From the NCBI GenBank assembly GCA_030390025.1, contig CM059432.1:75022001-75086000 (forward strand): DNA of 64,000 nucleotides, given 5' to 3'. The notes below the pieces were generated by a model. The model was not told the DNA's origin and searched no databases. It was given only the letters and a program-made list of their open reading frames with translations. The first letter of the stretch is position 1. The number at the start of each line of letters is the position of its first letter. Origin of the DNA: Squalus acanthias. Its lineage: Eukaryota. This document shows, in pieces, positions 48,452 through 61,609 of the stretch. The position numbers and the translations under genes were made by a program.

Positions 48452-48686
48452 TATTTTAGTTATGAGTAGATTGATAGAAGGATTAGAGGGGAATTGAGGA
48501 GAAATTTTTTCACCCAGAGGGTGGTGGGGGTCTGGAACTCACTGCCTGAAAGGGTGGTAGAGGCAGAAACCCTCATCGCATTTAAAAAGTACTTGGATAT
48601 GCACCTGAAGTGCCGTAACCGACAAGGCTACAAGACCAAAAGCTGGAAAGTGAGATTAGGCTGGATAGCTCTTTTTCGTTCCAGTC

Positions 48687-51430
48687 GGGAACGGTAGAGT
48701 AGTGGTAATGTCACTGGGCTAGTAATCCAGAGACGTGAGTTCAAATCCCAGCTGGGGAATTTAAATTCAATTAAATAAATCTGGAATAAAAAGCTAGTAA
48801 TGGGAAGGAAATCTGCCATCCTTACCTGGTCTGGCATTTATGTGACTCCAGACCCACAGCAATGTGGTTGACTCTTAACTGCCCTCTGAAATGGCCTAGC
48901 AAGCCACTCAGTTGTAACAAACCGCTACGAAACAAAATAATAAAAATGAAACCGGACGGACCACCCGGCATCGACATCGGCTACGAACATGGCAAATGCA
49001 CACCCAGCACAGTCAACCCTGCAAAGTCTTCCTCACCAACATCTGGGAGAGCTGTCCCACAGACTAGTCAAGCAACAGCCTGACATAGTCATACTCACAG
49101 AATCATACCTTTCAGCCAATGACCTAAACTCCTCCATCACCAGGGGTGGCGGCACGGTAGTATACAGTCGGGAAGGAGTGGCCCTGGGAGTCCTCAACAA
49201 TGACTCCGTACCCCATGAAGTCTCATGGCTTCAGGTCAAGCATGGGCAAGGAAACCTCCTGCTGATTACCACCTACTGCCCTCCCTCAGCTGATGAATCA
49301 GTACTCCTCCATGTTGAATACCACTTGGAAGAAGCACTGAGAGTAGCAAGGGCACAGAATATACTCTGGGTGGGGGACTTCAATGTTCATCACCAAGAGT
49401 GGCGCGGTAGCACCACTGGCTGAGCTGGATGAGTACTGAAGGACATAGCTACCAGACTGGGCCTGCGGCAGGTGGTGAGAGAACCAACACGAGGGAAAAA
49501 CATACTTGACCTTGTCCTCACCATTCTACCTGTCGCAAATACATCTGTCCATGACAGTATTGGTAGCAGTGACCACCGCACAGTCATTGTGGAGATGAAG
49601 TCCCCTCTTCACACCGAGGACACTGTGGCGTGTGACACTACCACTGTGCTAAATGGGATAGATTCAGAACAGATCTAACAGCTCAAAACTGGGCATCCAT
49701 GAGGCGCTGTGGGCCATCAGCAGCAGCAGAATTGTATTCCACCACAATCTGTAACTTCATGGCCCGGCATATCCCTCACTCTACCATTACCATCAAGCCA
49801 GGGGACCAAACCTCGTGCAATAAGGAGTGTAGAAGAGCATGCCAGGAGCAGCACCAGGCGTGCCTAAAAATGAGGTGCCAACCTGGGGAAGCTACAACAC
49901 AGGACTACATGCATGCTAAAAAGCGGAAGCAGCATGCTATAGACAGGGCTAACGGATCAGATCAAAGCTCTGCAGTCCTGCCACATCCAGTCGTGAATGG
50001 TGGTGGACCATTAAACAACGAACGGGAGGAGGCGGCTCCATGAATATCCCCGTCCTCAATGATGGTGGAGCCCAGCACGCAAGTGCAAAAGACAAGGCTG
50101 AAGTGATTGCAACCATCTTCAGCCAGAAGTGCTGAGTGGATGATCCATGTCGGCCTCCTCCTCCTGAAGTCCCCACCATCACAGGAGCCAGTCTTCAGCC
50201 AATTCGATTCACTCCACGTGATATCAAGAAACGTCTGCACGCACTGGATACAGCAAAGGCTATGGGCCTGACAACATCCCGGCTATCGTGCTGAAGACTT
50301 GTGCTCCAGAACTAGCCGCACCTCTAGCCAAGCTGTTCCACTGGCATCTATCAGACAATGTGGAAAACTGCCCAGGTATGTCCTGTCCACAAAAAGCAGG
50401 ACAAATCCAATCCGGCCAATTACCGTCCCATCAGTCTACTCTCAATCATCAGCAAAGTGATGGAAGGTGTCATTGACAGTGCTATCAAGCGGCACTTACT
50501 CACCAATAACCTGCTCACTGATGCCCAGTTTGGGTTCCGCCAAGACCACTTGGCTCCCGACCTCATTACAGCCTTGGTCCAAACATGGACAAAGGAGCTG
50601 AATTCCAGAGGTGAGAGGAGAGTGACTGCCCTTGACATCAAGGCAGCATTTGACCGAGTGTGGCATCAAGGAGCCCTAGTAAAACTGAAGTCAATGGGAA
50701 TCGGGGGGGAAACTCTCCACTGGCTGGAGTCATACCTAGCACAAAGGAAGATGGTTGTGGTGATTGAATGTCAATCATCACAGCCCCAGGATATCACTGC
50801 AGGAGTTCCTCAGGGCAGTGTCCTCGGCCCAACCATCTTCAGCTACTTCATCAATGACCTTCCCTCTAACATAAGGTCAGAAATGGGGATGTTCGCTGAT
50901 GACTGCAGTGTTCAGTGCCATTCACAACTTCTCAGATAATGAAGCAGTCCATGCCCGCATGCAACAAGACCTGGACGATGTTCAGGTTTGGGCTGATAAG
51001 TGGCAGGTAACATTTGCACCACAGAAGTGCCAGCCATTGACTATCTCCAACAAGTGAGAGTCTAACCACCGCCCCTTGACATTCAATGGCATTACCATCG
51101 CCAAATCCCTCACCATCAACATCCTGGGGGTCACCATTGACCAGAAACTTAACCGGACCAGCCACATAAATACTGTGGCAACAAGAGCAGGTCAGAGGCT
51201 AGGTATTCTGTGGCGAGTGTCTCACCTCCTGACTCCCCAACGCCTTTCTACCATCTACAAGGCACAAGTAAGGAGTGTGATGGAATACTCTCCACTTGCC
51301 TGGATGAGTGCAGTTCCAACAACACTCAAGAAGCTCGACACCACCCAGGATAAAGCAGCCCGCTTGATTGGCACCCCATCTACCACCTTAAACATTCACT
51401 CCCTCCACCACCGGCGTACCGTGGCTGCAG
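48687..51430 (+). mobile_element. Family-B LINE with tRNA-like head, 3'-truncated
   Basis: Head gggaacggtagagtagtggtaatgtcactgggctagtaatccagagacgtgagttcaaatccca; APE motifs, then RT LDIKAAFDRVWH, GVPQGSVLGP and MFADD. Confidence 0.92.
48695..48747 (+). promoter_or_regulatory. Putative Pol III type-2 internal promoter (A box and B box) at the family-B 5' end
   Basis: A-box-like TAGAGTAGTGG at 48695-48705 (TAGCGTAGTGG in the 31.3-kb copy) and B box GTTCAAATC at 48739-48747, with tRNA-like spacing. Confidence 0.7.
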
Positions 51431-51649
51431 GTTACTGATGGGTTGAAATGCCTTTTAATACTCTCTAGAGCTTTCTAAATGTTTGTCTCCCACCTTCTGA
51501 CACTTCTGTTTAATTGTCCCCATCTGTTTAAATTTGACTTGCATGCCATTTTCGTCTCCTAGCACCTGGAATTGTGAAGCATTCTGCAAATAAGATTAGA
51601 TACAAAAATTGCGTGCGACTAGCACTTGGAACTGTGGTGGGTCTTAATC

Positions 51650-52810
51650 AAATACGTCCTCAAGACCTCAATCACCAACAGGACTCCCTGCAATTACTTT
51701 CTCATCTTTCTCTTCCTTATTGCCTAACCTGCACCTAACCATCACTACTTTCCTAGAAAAAGTTACCCCAACAAATCTTTGACATGACCCCTCTGCACCA
51801 AATCTGGTCCCCAAATCAGAATGACATCAACACTTCCGTTAAACTACCTAGCCTCTACCCCTTCAATGCTCAGTACCCACCAGATTCCAGACACTCTCCC
51901 ATCCCGTCTGTTCCCCAATACCAAAGCTACCCCTGCAGCCTCAAATCTGCTGGCTGTAAGCTGAAGCAGGACCTGGCAAATGATCTGGCATGGTCATCGC
52001 TGGTGTATCCCAAGGTTCCATCTTCAGCTTTCTCTGTCTCATCATTTACATGTTATCCAGAAACACAGGGTGAGCTTTCACTTATACACTGATAATTATC
52101 AGCTCGACCTTCCCACCACTTCCTCTATCGAGCCTACAGCTATTGCTACCATTTCAAACTGCTTGACGTGAAGGCCTAAATGAGCCAAAACCTTTTCCAA
52201 TTTAATGCTGGAAAAATGAAGCCATCCACTTTGGCTCCAGCTAACATCTATGCACTTCCGGTCATGTGGTGTTGTGGAACCTTGACAGTACTCGACCCAC
52301 ATCCGTTATCACCAAAACTATTTTCTTTCACTTTTGTAATACTGCCTGTCTCTGTCCTCATCTCCCCACCCCATACCGCCAAAACCCTAATCCATGTTTT
52401 TATCACCTCACAGCTGGACTTCTCCACAATTGATCCAGAATGTTGCAACTGGTTTCCTAACCTACACGAAGGCTGGCATCCCCTACCAGTCTGTCTTCTC
52501 CAAGCTCCATGATATCCTCCAACTCTGTCTTATGTGCAGCCTCTAGGACTGGCCTACTTCTTGTTCCTCACTCCCTCCATTCTATTCTATTCTATTGACA
52601 GCTGCTCCTTCAGCCACCCTGTGGAAATACACTTCTGCTTGCCATCTCCCTTCAAAAACCACAAGATCCTCCTCTTTAACCTGTTGCTGCCTCTGGATTC
52701 TCTTTCTTCCCTTCCCTATACCACCTGCTCACCACCCACTATCCAACGCTCTGTAAAAGCACTCATGTCTTGATGTAATTAATGAGTGCTATAGAAAAGC
52801 AAGTAGTTGT
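51650..52810 (+). mobile_element. Very old L2 remnant
   Basis: HRVSFHLYTDNYQL and AKTLIHVFITSQLD; L2 tail ctgtaaaagcact..gtgctatagaaaagcaag. Confidence 0.65.
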
Positions 52811-53839
52811 TGTTTCTGGGAATTGATGCCAAGCTGGTTCAGTGTGCTAGCGTGCTCCTTCATAATGCTATTTTGCATCACAATGCAAACACACGGAACC
52901 AGCTCAGTGCATTTAACAGACCAGAAGATGAGGCAAATCAAAAGATCCATGAAAGATTGCGTGCACTACCATTTCACTTGATGAGCGCTGCTGGAAGAAT
53001 CACGTACTCACTCAAAAAAGGTACCTTTAATGGACGAACTGAGCAGGAATTTGACATTGCGTGAGGGAAGGTGATCACATCAAGTCTTAATCCTCTTTTA
53101 TACTGTGAAAATCAGTTTCTAAGGGCCAGTTCCTGGTGTTTATCCTGCTAAATCCTATTTGTTTATCCTGGCAGAAGACACAGTTTTTCATAAGTCTGCT
53201 GCTGGGATAGGTGTGCCAAATTTACCAGTGTAAATGGTAGAGCTAGTTCAAGAACGCCACTCTCCTAGCGCAAATACAAAAGGAACAGAGGCGGCTCAGT
53301 AATATCAACCGAGGGGTCTGGTGCAGGGCAGATTCCACAGAGTTGGAACAGAAAACAATGGAGAGAAAAAAAAAATCACTGCCTGTTTGGACAGGCTGAG
53401 TTTCTGCTGTGGCTGGTGAAAGCCACCTCTTCTGTTGGGTATCGGAGCCACAGGAGGCAGCAGCACCACCGCCTTATTTAATTTACCACACTGCTGTTGA
53501 TCAGTATGGCAAATAATAGCATCAGGTGCAGCAGTCGTTAAGGCCACTTAGCTTGTCATTTCCACACTGCAAAGTTCTAAAACAGACGTTTGCATAACCT
53601 TCACAAATAAAACAAAGAAGCAAAGGCAGCAACATGAAATCTTTGGTCCTCCATACTTAGCATTATTACATTTATGTTGATCCAACCTCTCTTCACTTTG
53701 TCCACTACTTTGCATGGTAGGATGTAAAATTAAAGCCATGATCTTACTGAATGGCAGAGCAGGCTCGCAGGGCCGTATGCCCTACTCCTATTTCTTTGTT
53801 CTTATGTTAATTATATTTAAAAGAAATATAATTATGGGA

Positions 53840-56800
53840 GTTTGTGGAGAGCATTATGATCCTGGACAACCACGTTTGCAGTAAGTGCCTGCATCTTGAG
53901 GAACTTCAGATCAGAGTTTTTGAGCTGAAATCTGAGGTGCGGACATTGCGGGGCATCAGGGATGGGGAGAGTTACCTGGACACTTTGATCCAAGGGGCAG
54001 TCACACCCCTTAGATTAGGTAGTGGTACAGGTCCGGTTAGTGGTCAGGGACAGGAGGGTGTGACTGCAACTCAGGCAGGTAAGGGGACCCCAGGTGCAGT
54101 GCTGGAGGAGCTTCAGCATTTGCTCTTGTCCAACAGGTATGAGGTTCTTGCTGTGTGGATGAGGGAAAAGCCTGCAGGATGGATGAGCAAGCTGACCATT
54201 GTGCAGGAGGCCATTCAAGTGGAGGGAGTGAAAGGGAATGTAGTTGTGGTAGGGGATAGTATTGTCAGGGGGATAGATATTGTTCTCTGCAGCTGCGACC
54301 GAAAGTTCCGAAGGTTGTGTTGCGTGCCAGGGTTAAAGACATCTCCTCGCGGCTAGAGGAGAACTTGGAGTGGGAGGGAGAGGATTGTTGTTGTGGTCCA
54401 CGTAGGAACCAACAACATAGGTAGAACTAGGAATGAGGTTCTGCTGAGGGAGTTTGAGGAAATAGGATCCAAATTAAAAAGCAGAACCTGAAAAGGTAAT
54501 AATCTCTGGATTGTTTCCTGATCCACGCGCAAATTGGCATAGGGACAAACAGATTAGAGGTTTAAATGCGTGGCTCAAAGAGTGGTGTGGGAGGAAGGGG
54601 TTTCAGTTCATGGGGCACTGGCACCAGTACTGGGGAAAGAGGGAGCTGTTGCGTTGGGACCAGTGTCCTGGCGAACCAGGGCAGTATACAAGGCTTTAAA
54701 TTAAATAAGAGGATTCAGGAAAGAGTAAATTTAAAAACAGCGAGAGAAATGTTAAGGCTCTAGAGCAAAGTAGAGTTCTGGGTAAAAAGAAGCAGAGTGG
54801 GTCAGGAAGGGACAGAGAGAGTAACAAAGGTAATAAGGCATCAGTGACTAAGGTGACATCAGGGAAAAATAGAAATGTCAAAGCTAAAGGCACTATATCT
54901 GAATACGCGAAGCATTCGCAACAAAATAGAAGAATAGCGCAGATAGAAATTAATAGGTTTGATCTAACAGCCATTACAGAGACGTGGTTGCAATGTGACC
55001 AAGGTTGGGAACTAAATATTCCAGGATACTTAACTTTTAGAACAGATAGGCAAAATGGAAAAGGAGGAGGGGTAGCCCTGATAATAAAGGATGGGATAAA
55101 AGACAGTAGAGAGAAAGGATCTTAGCTCCGAAAATCAAGAAGTAGAATCAGTTTGGGTGGAGCTAAGAAACAGCAAGGGGCAGAAAACATTGGTGGGAGT
55201 TGTTTATAGGCCCCCAAACAGTAGTTGTAATGCAGGGCAGAGTATAAATCAGGAAATTAGAGGCGCATGTAACAAAGGTAATACAGTAATCATGGGGGAC
55301 TTTAATCTACATTTGGACTGGGTAAACCAAATTTGCAGTAATAGTGTGGAGGACGAATTCATGGAATGTATGCAAGATAGTTTTCTAGATCAGTATGTTG
55401 AGGAACCAACAAGGGAACAGGCTATTTTAGATCTAGTATTGTTCAACGAGAAAGAGTTAATTAATAACCTTGCAGTAAAGGGGCCTTTAGGGAAGAGTGA
55501 CCATAATATGATTGAATTTTATATTGAGTTTGAAAGTGATTTAGTTAAATCCGAAACTAGGGTCTTAAATCTAAACAAAGCAAACTACATAGGTATGAGG
55601 GGCGAGTTGGCTACGGTAGATTGGCAAACTACATTAAAAAGGTATGACGGTAGACAAGCAATGGCTAGCATTTAAAGAATTAATACATAATTTACAACAA
55701 ATATACATTCCTTTAAGGCACAAAAACCCCAGGAAAAGTAGTCCAACCGTAGCTAACAAGAGAAGTTAAAGATAGTATTAGATCAAAGGAAGAGGCTTAT
55801 AATGTTGCCAAAAAGAGTAGTACGCTGAGGTTTGGGAGGATTTTAGAATTCAGCAAAAGGAGGACCAAGACATTGATAAAGAAAGGGAAAATAGAATGAG
55901 AGTAAACTATTGGGAGGTATAAAAAAAGACTGCAAAAGCTTTTATGTAAAAAGGAAAAGATTAGTGAAAGTAAACGTGGGTCCCTTACAGGCTGAGACAG
56001 GGGAAATTATAATGTGGGATAAGGAAATGGCAGAGAAATTAAATAAATACTTTGGCCGCGATTTTGTAAATGGATGTGGCTTTGGAGCGGGTCAGCTGGT
56101 TTCCGGCTTCCAGTCCCGCCCCCAACTGCTTCCGGCCCTCGGACGTGATTTTACGTCGACTGGCCTAGTGAAGCCCGCCCTGCGGGCTTGCTGGCCAATT
56201 AAGAGGAAGCCGGTCAGATGACGTCATTTGATGACGCATCATCTGCCGGTTTTCTAAAAAGGGACCACGCACAATTTTTCTTTGACAGCTCATTTCTCAG
56301 TGTTTGCAGCACCTCAATGCTGTCAATCACTGTACAAAGGTGAGCTCTTGCACCCAGACTCTCCAATGACTCCCTCCATAGGCTCGAAGAGATGGCAGCT
56401 GCAGAAGCGATCTGTCACTGGTGAGAGAGGTTCTCCCAATGAGGTGGTACTAGACAGCTTATTCAAAAATTGCTACCTACAGAAAAGTGTAAATGCATTA
56501 AAAATGATTTTCCCAACATTTTCTTACCTCTGAAACTTACCAGTGCACCATTGGATCCTTCACACCACTTCTGCAGCTGTCATCAATGCAGAAACAGACT
56601 CACAACACGCCACACTTATCTGGCGTGGTGTCCGGACGTCGGGGAACCCGAGGCAGAAGCGGCAAAATTGAAAAAGAGCCTGTTAACAAGTATCAAGTAC
56701 CTGTTACAGCCAGGTAAGTGGCTTTAATCCTCTTCCTGCCGCTAGGTGTCGGGTCCATGCGCAAATCGGGGACCTGACACTTGGGAAGATTGATTGGAGG

Positions 56801-58615
56801 CGGGTTAACAGCTGGTTTCCTACCCGTCCCGCCTCCAATCCTGCACTCTGAGGACCGGCAAAATTCCGGCCTTTGTGTCTGTCTTCACGGAAGAAGACGC
56901 AAAAAACTTCCCGGAAATAGTGGAGAACCAAGGGTCTAGCAAGAATGAGGAACTGAAAGAAATTAGTATTAGTAAAAAATAGTACTGGAGAAATTAATGG
57001 GACTAAAAGCCGATAAATCCCCTGGACTTGATGGCCTACATGCTAGGGTTTTGAAAGAGGTGGCTACAGAGATAGTGGATGCATTGGTTGTCATTTTCCA
57101 AAATTCCATAGATTCTAGAACGGTTCCCACGGATTGGAAGGTAGCAAGTGTAACCCCACTATTTAAGAAAGGAGGGAGAGAAAAAACGGGGAACTACAGA
57201 CCAGTTAGCCTGACATCAGTTGTAGGGAAAATGCTAGAATCTATTATTAAGGACATGGTAACAGGGCACTTAGAAAATAATAACGGGATTGGGCAGAGTC
57301 AACTCGGATTTATGAAAGGGAAATCATGTTTGACGAATCTGTTATTTTGAGGTTGTAACTAGCAGAATAGATAAGGGGGAAACCAGTGGATGTGGTGTAT
57401 TTGGATTTTCAGAAGCCATTCGATAAGGTGCCACACAAGAGGTTATTAAACAAAATTAGGGCTCATGGGATTGGGGATAATATACAAGCATGGATTGAGG
57501 ATTGGTTAACTGACAGAAAACAGGAGAGTAGGAATAAACGGGTCATTTTCGGGTTGGCAGGCTGTAACTAGTGGGGTACCGCAAGGATCAGTGCTTGGGT
57601 CTCAGCTATTCACAATCTAGATCAATGATTTGGTTGAGGGGACCAAATGTAATACATCCAAATTTACTGATGATACAAAGCTGGGTGGGAATGTAAGTTG
57701 TGAGGAGGATGCAAAGAGGCTTCAAGGGGATATAGACAGGCTAAGTGAGTGGGCAAGAACATGGCAAATGGAATATAATGCAGAGAAATGTGAAGTTATC
57801 CACTTTGGTAGGAAAAATAGAAAAGCAAGAGTATTTTTTAAATGGTGAGAGATTGGGAAATGTTGGTGTTCAGAGGGACCTGGGTGTCCTTGTACACGAA
57901 TCACTGAAAGTTAACATAGGGTACAGCAAGCAATTGGGGAAGCAAATGGTATGTTGGCCTTTATTACAAGAGGATTTGAGTATAAGAGTAAAGACATCTT
58001 ACTGCAATTATATAGGGCCCTGGCGAGACCACACCTGGAGTACGGTGTACAGATTTGGTCTCTTTACTTAAGGAAGGATATACTTGCTATAGAGGGAGTG
58101 CAACAAAGTTTCACCAGACTGGTTCCGGGGATGGGGGGTGGGGGGCGGGGGAAGGGATTGTCCTTTGAGGAGAGATTGAGTAGACTAGGCCTATATTCTC
58201 TGGAGTTTAGAAGAATGAGAGGTGATCTCATTGAAACATACAAAATTCTTACAGGGCTTGACAGGGTAGATACAGGGAGGATGTTTCGCCTGGCTGGGGA
58301 GTCTAGAACCAGGGGTCACAGTCTCAGAATAAGGGGTCGGCCATTTAGGACTGAGATGAGGAGAAATTTCTTCACTCAGCGGGTGGTGAATCTTTGGAAT
58401 TCTCTACCCCAGAGGGCTGTGGAGGCTCAGTCATTGAGCATATTCAAGACAGAGATTGATAGATTTTTTGGATATTAAGGGAATGAAGGGATATGGAGAT
58501 AGTGCAGGTAAGTGGAGTTGAAGTAGAAGATCAGCCATGATCTTATTGAATGGCGGAGCAGGCTTGAAGAGACAAATGGCCTACTCCTGCTCTTATTTCT
58601 GTTCTGATTTTCTTA
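53840..58615 (+). mobile_element. Near full-length decayed CR1 LINE (ORF1 and ORF2) with a nested MITE
   Basis: ORF1 has CSKC, a leucine-zipper-like stretch, LSNRYEVL, GDSIV and HVGTNN; ORF2 has AITETWL, YRPPNS, SDHN, NYRPVSLTS, KFTDDTKL and RMRGDLIE; 3' tail present. Confidence 0.93.
56054..56871. mobile_element. Non-autonomous PIF/Harbinger-like DNA transposon (818 bp)
   Basis: TIRs ggccgcgattttg and caaaattccggcc; 3-bp duplication TTT (56051-56053 and 56872-56874) inside the CR1 KYF..VF coding sequence. Confidence 0.75.
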
Positions 58616-58719
58616 AAAAGTAGCAGTAAGGTTAGGTATTGTATGTAAACGGCAAGTAAACACACTTCTGATAATCAATTCATTTACAAATTGTTGATAC
58701 CACCACTCACACAACAAGC

Positions 58720-59870
58720 ATCTATATAGAAGCTTTAACATAAAAAAAGTCCAGAGGTAGGAGAAAAACCTACACCGCACCAAAGAAGAGATTACGAGGG
58801 ATGACTGAAATCTTGAACATAGAGGTGGGTTATAAGTAAAATCTTAAAGGAGAGGGAGGTGGAGGTGGGTTTGGAAGGGTATTCCAGAGCATGGGGCCTA
58901 AACAGCTGAAGGAATAGCAGTCAATGGTGCAGTAAAGAGAAAGATGCACAAAAGACTGGTATCCGAGGAACAGAAGGAAGGAAAGTGTGAAGGAGGATAG
59001 AGATGGGAAGTGGCAAGGCTGTTGAGGTATTTAAACACAAGGGCGAGAATTTTAAATTTGAGGCGTTGAAAAACTGGGAGCCAACATAGGTCAGCGACTA
59101 CTGGGACAATTCAGGAGCTGAACTTGGCGGGGGATAGGATGCGAGCCCCGAACTGTGAACCAGCTAAAGTTGTTAAGGGTGGAGGATGGGAAGCCAGGAG
59201 AACAAAGTAAGTGAGTCTGGAGATAACAAAGGCATAAATGAGGGCTTCAGCAACTGATGGGCTGAGGTAGGGGTGAAGGTGAGTGATGTTAGAGGTGGAA
59301 GTAGTTTGTGATGGAGAGGATCTGGATTGGAAGCTCAGCTCGAGTCAAATGCTGAGGCTGCAACAGTTTGGTTCAGCCTGGAACAAATGCCAGGGAGGGA
59401 GAAGAAATCAGTGGTGAAGGTATGGAGTTTTTGGCAGGGGCAAAAGATGATGGAATCAGTCTTTCCAAAGCTATGCTGGATGCAATTGATGCTCATTTAA
59501 GACTGGATATTGGACAAGCAGTCTGACAGCAGAGAGGTAGTGGAGGGGTTGAAAGAGATGGTGTTGACATAGATCTGTGTTATTGGTGTACATGTGGAAG
59601 CTGACCACTTGTCTGTGGATGATATTGCCAAGGCAGCAGCATGTAGATGTGAAAGAAGAGGCCAAGGATAGATCATTGGGACACTCCAGGGGCAGGAAAA
59701 GAAGCTATCTTCTGTCACAATTGGATAGTTAAGAGTGGAACTAAGCTAGGCTAGTTCCATAGAGCTGGACAATGGGAGAGGTATTGGAAGAGTATAGTGT
59801 AATCAACTGACAAATGTTGCAGAGAGCTTGAGGAGAATGGAGGGATAATGCACCATGGTCATAGTCACAG
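58720..59870 (-). mobile_element. Old L2 RT-to-3' fragment
   Basis: LGNIIHRQVVSFHMY and LSDCLSNIQS; L2 tail near 58720-58760. Confidence 0.75.
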
Positions 59871-60539
59871 AATGTTTTTGGTGTTGATGGACCTGCTGTA
59901 CATTTCTAGCATATCCTGTTTGAATTCCAAAATTATGAAGTGTTCATATAATGCTATAAAATAGACAATTTAGAGATCCACAAGGTTTTCCCCACAATTA
60001 TATACTAGAGTTTTTTTTTTAAAAGCATCAAGATAAATGCATGTTACAAAGTGTACTTGGCTTTCAAAGTATTTATCCCTAGACTCCCCTCTCTAACCAT
60101 TTAATGGCTTGCTGGAAGAGAGTTGCTGGAAGTAGATATGGTATGGTGTAGTCAGTGGTAATGCTCTTACATATATGCAATGCACAGATGAAAACCACAC
60201 ATTGGTTTTACAATTTTTTTTTTTTTAATTGCCTGGGCCATTTTCCACATCAAACCCAAAATGGGCAACGTCAGTCATTCTTTAATTTACAGTGCCATCT
60301 AGTGTGAAAAGATTGCAAGTTTTGCATCTCCAGGCACCTACAAAATTTCCCTTTTAATGAAATCAAGTTTTCCACCACAAACTAGATTTGCCAAACTGAG
60401 ACAGTCAATAATTATAATCGTGCAGGAGCCCACATCTGTGAAAATCACAAAAGTAATTGCAAAAAAAAAAGGCAACCTGGGAGGTACAATTTTTTCCAGT
60501 TTAGCTCAAGGCAAATCCACTTAATATTTGCATGTGCAT

Positions 60540-60940
60540 ACATAGAAATTGCAACAGGGAAACAGGCCATTCGCCCCAACTAGTCCATGCTGGTGTTTAC
60601 CTTTCACTCGAGCAAATAGTTCTAAGCATATTCACCCAAGCTGTTCCCATAACCCTTTTCCTTCATCCACCTATTCAATCTAATCTTGAAGTTGACATAG
60701 TGTCTGCCTCAACCACTAACCCTGAATGTGAATTCCACTTCCTTACAACTGTATAAATAAAAGTTTCTTGAGCCTTCTGTTCTAAATCTCTTACATTTAA
60801 TCTTGTATCTATGGCCCCTCATTCTTGACCCCCTCAACTACTGGAAACTATCTGCTTCTAACCACTCTACCCCATCCTTTCATAATTTTCAACACTTCTA
60901 TTATATTGCCCCGTAATCTGTGTTGTTTTAACAAAAAAAT
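60540..60940 (-). mobile_element. Old CR1 3' fragment
   Basis: catagaaatt..acaggaaacaggccattc tail and degenerate SRMRGHRYK on minus. Confidence 0.65.
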
Positions 60941-61570
60941 ACTAAATTGCAGCACTTCAATTCACCAAGTAAATTTATTATGCAAACAATTCTCAAGTGG
61001 CTACATGAGAACTATTTTCTGAAATAGTAAACTTCAAGTGACCTTAAATGGTCTAAGAACCTTTTCCAATGTTCAATAATGATTTTAGCGGTGATGCAAC
61101 TTTAAATGCATCCACTTGATATGCTTGCTTCCTGAATACATTTTACCTGGTTCTGGCTTATGACTTTTAGATGTCCCTCCCCTATGTTTCTTCATCACAT
61201 TTCCTTGTTCACCAGGAAGTGAGTGGGGTTGTCGAATTAAAGGCTTCTACAACCACACAAGTGTTATGAGAGCCGCAAACAGCAGGTCTACACCTCAGTG
61301 AAGCCTGGCTGATCCTGAGTGTTCATTCTGTGCACCACTTCCTACTGATACTACAATGTTCAATCTTAACCAATTAAAAGTAGTGAACTGTCTCTCACCC
61401 CATCAGATCAAATCCAAATGGCCATACAAGACTCTGACTGTAACTTTGACCAACTGCATAACTATCTACGTACCAATAAGATGCACATTTTTCAATGTCC
61501 TAAACAACAATTGGTAAATCACCCAAAATAACTGTTGCCACAGGCAGTTAGTGCACAAGATGAAGCTTAC

Positions 61571-61609
61571 CTTTCTCTTCCTTCTTCACTTCAGAGTCAG
61601 ATCTTTTGT
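61571..61609 (-). CDS. ASPH: ASPH 39-nt coding exon, (D)KRSDSEVKKEEK(V), phase 1-1
   Basis: The minus strand reads tcttcCAG|acaaaagatctgactctgaagtgaagaaggaagagaaag|GTAAGC. The last G joins TT of the 14940-15031 exon to give V-PAKKKK in frame. Position matches the short charged exon that precedes the KKKKPKLL exon in ASPH. Confidence 0.75.

Larger units (their letters stand above)
44935..48680 (+). mobile_element. CR1 LINE hosting an antisense CR1, a SINE and a MITE
   Basis: KSPGPDEMYPR, NYRPVSLTS and DFNKAFDK, broken at about 45724; resumes with ggcagact at about 47339 through RT to the 3' UTR. Confidence 0.88.
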
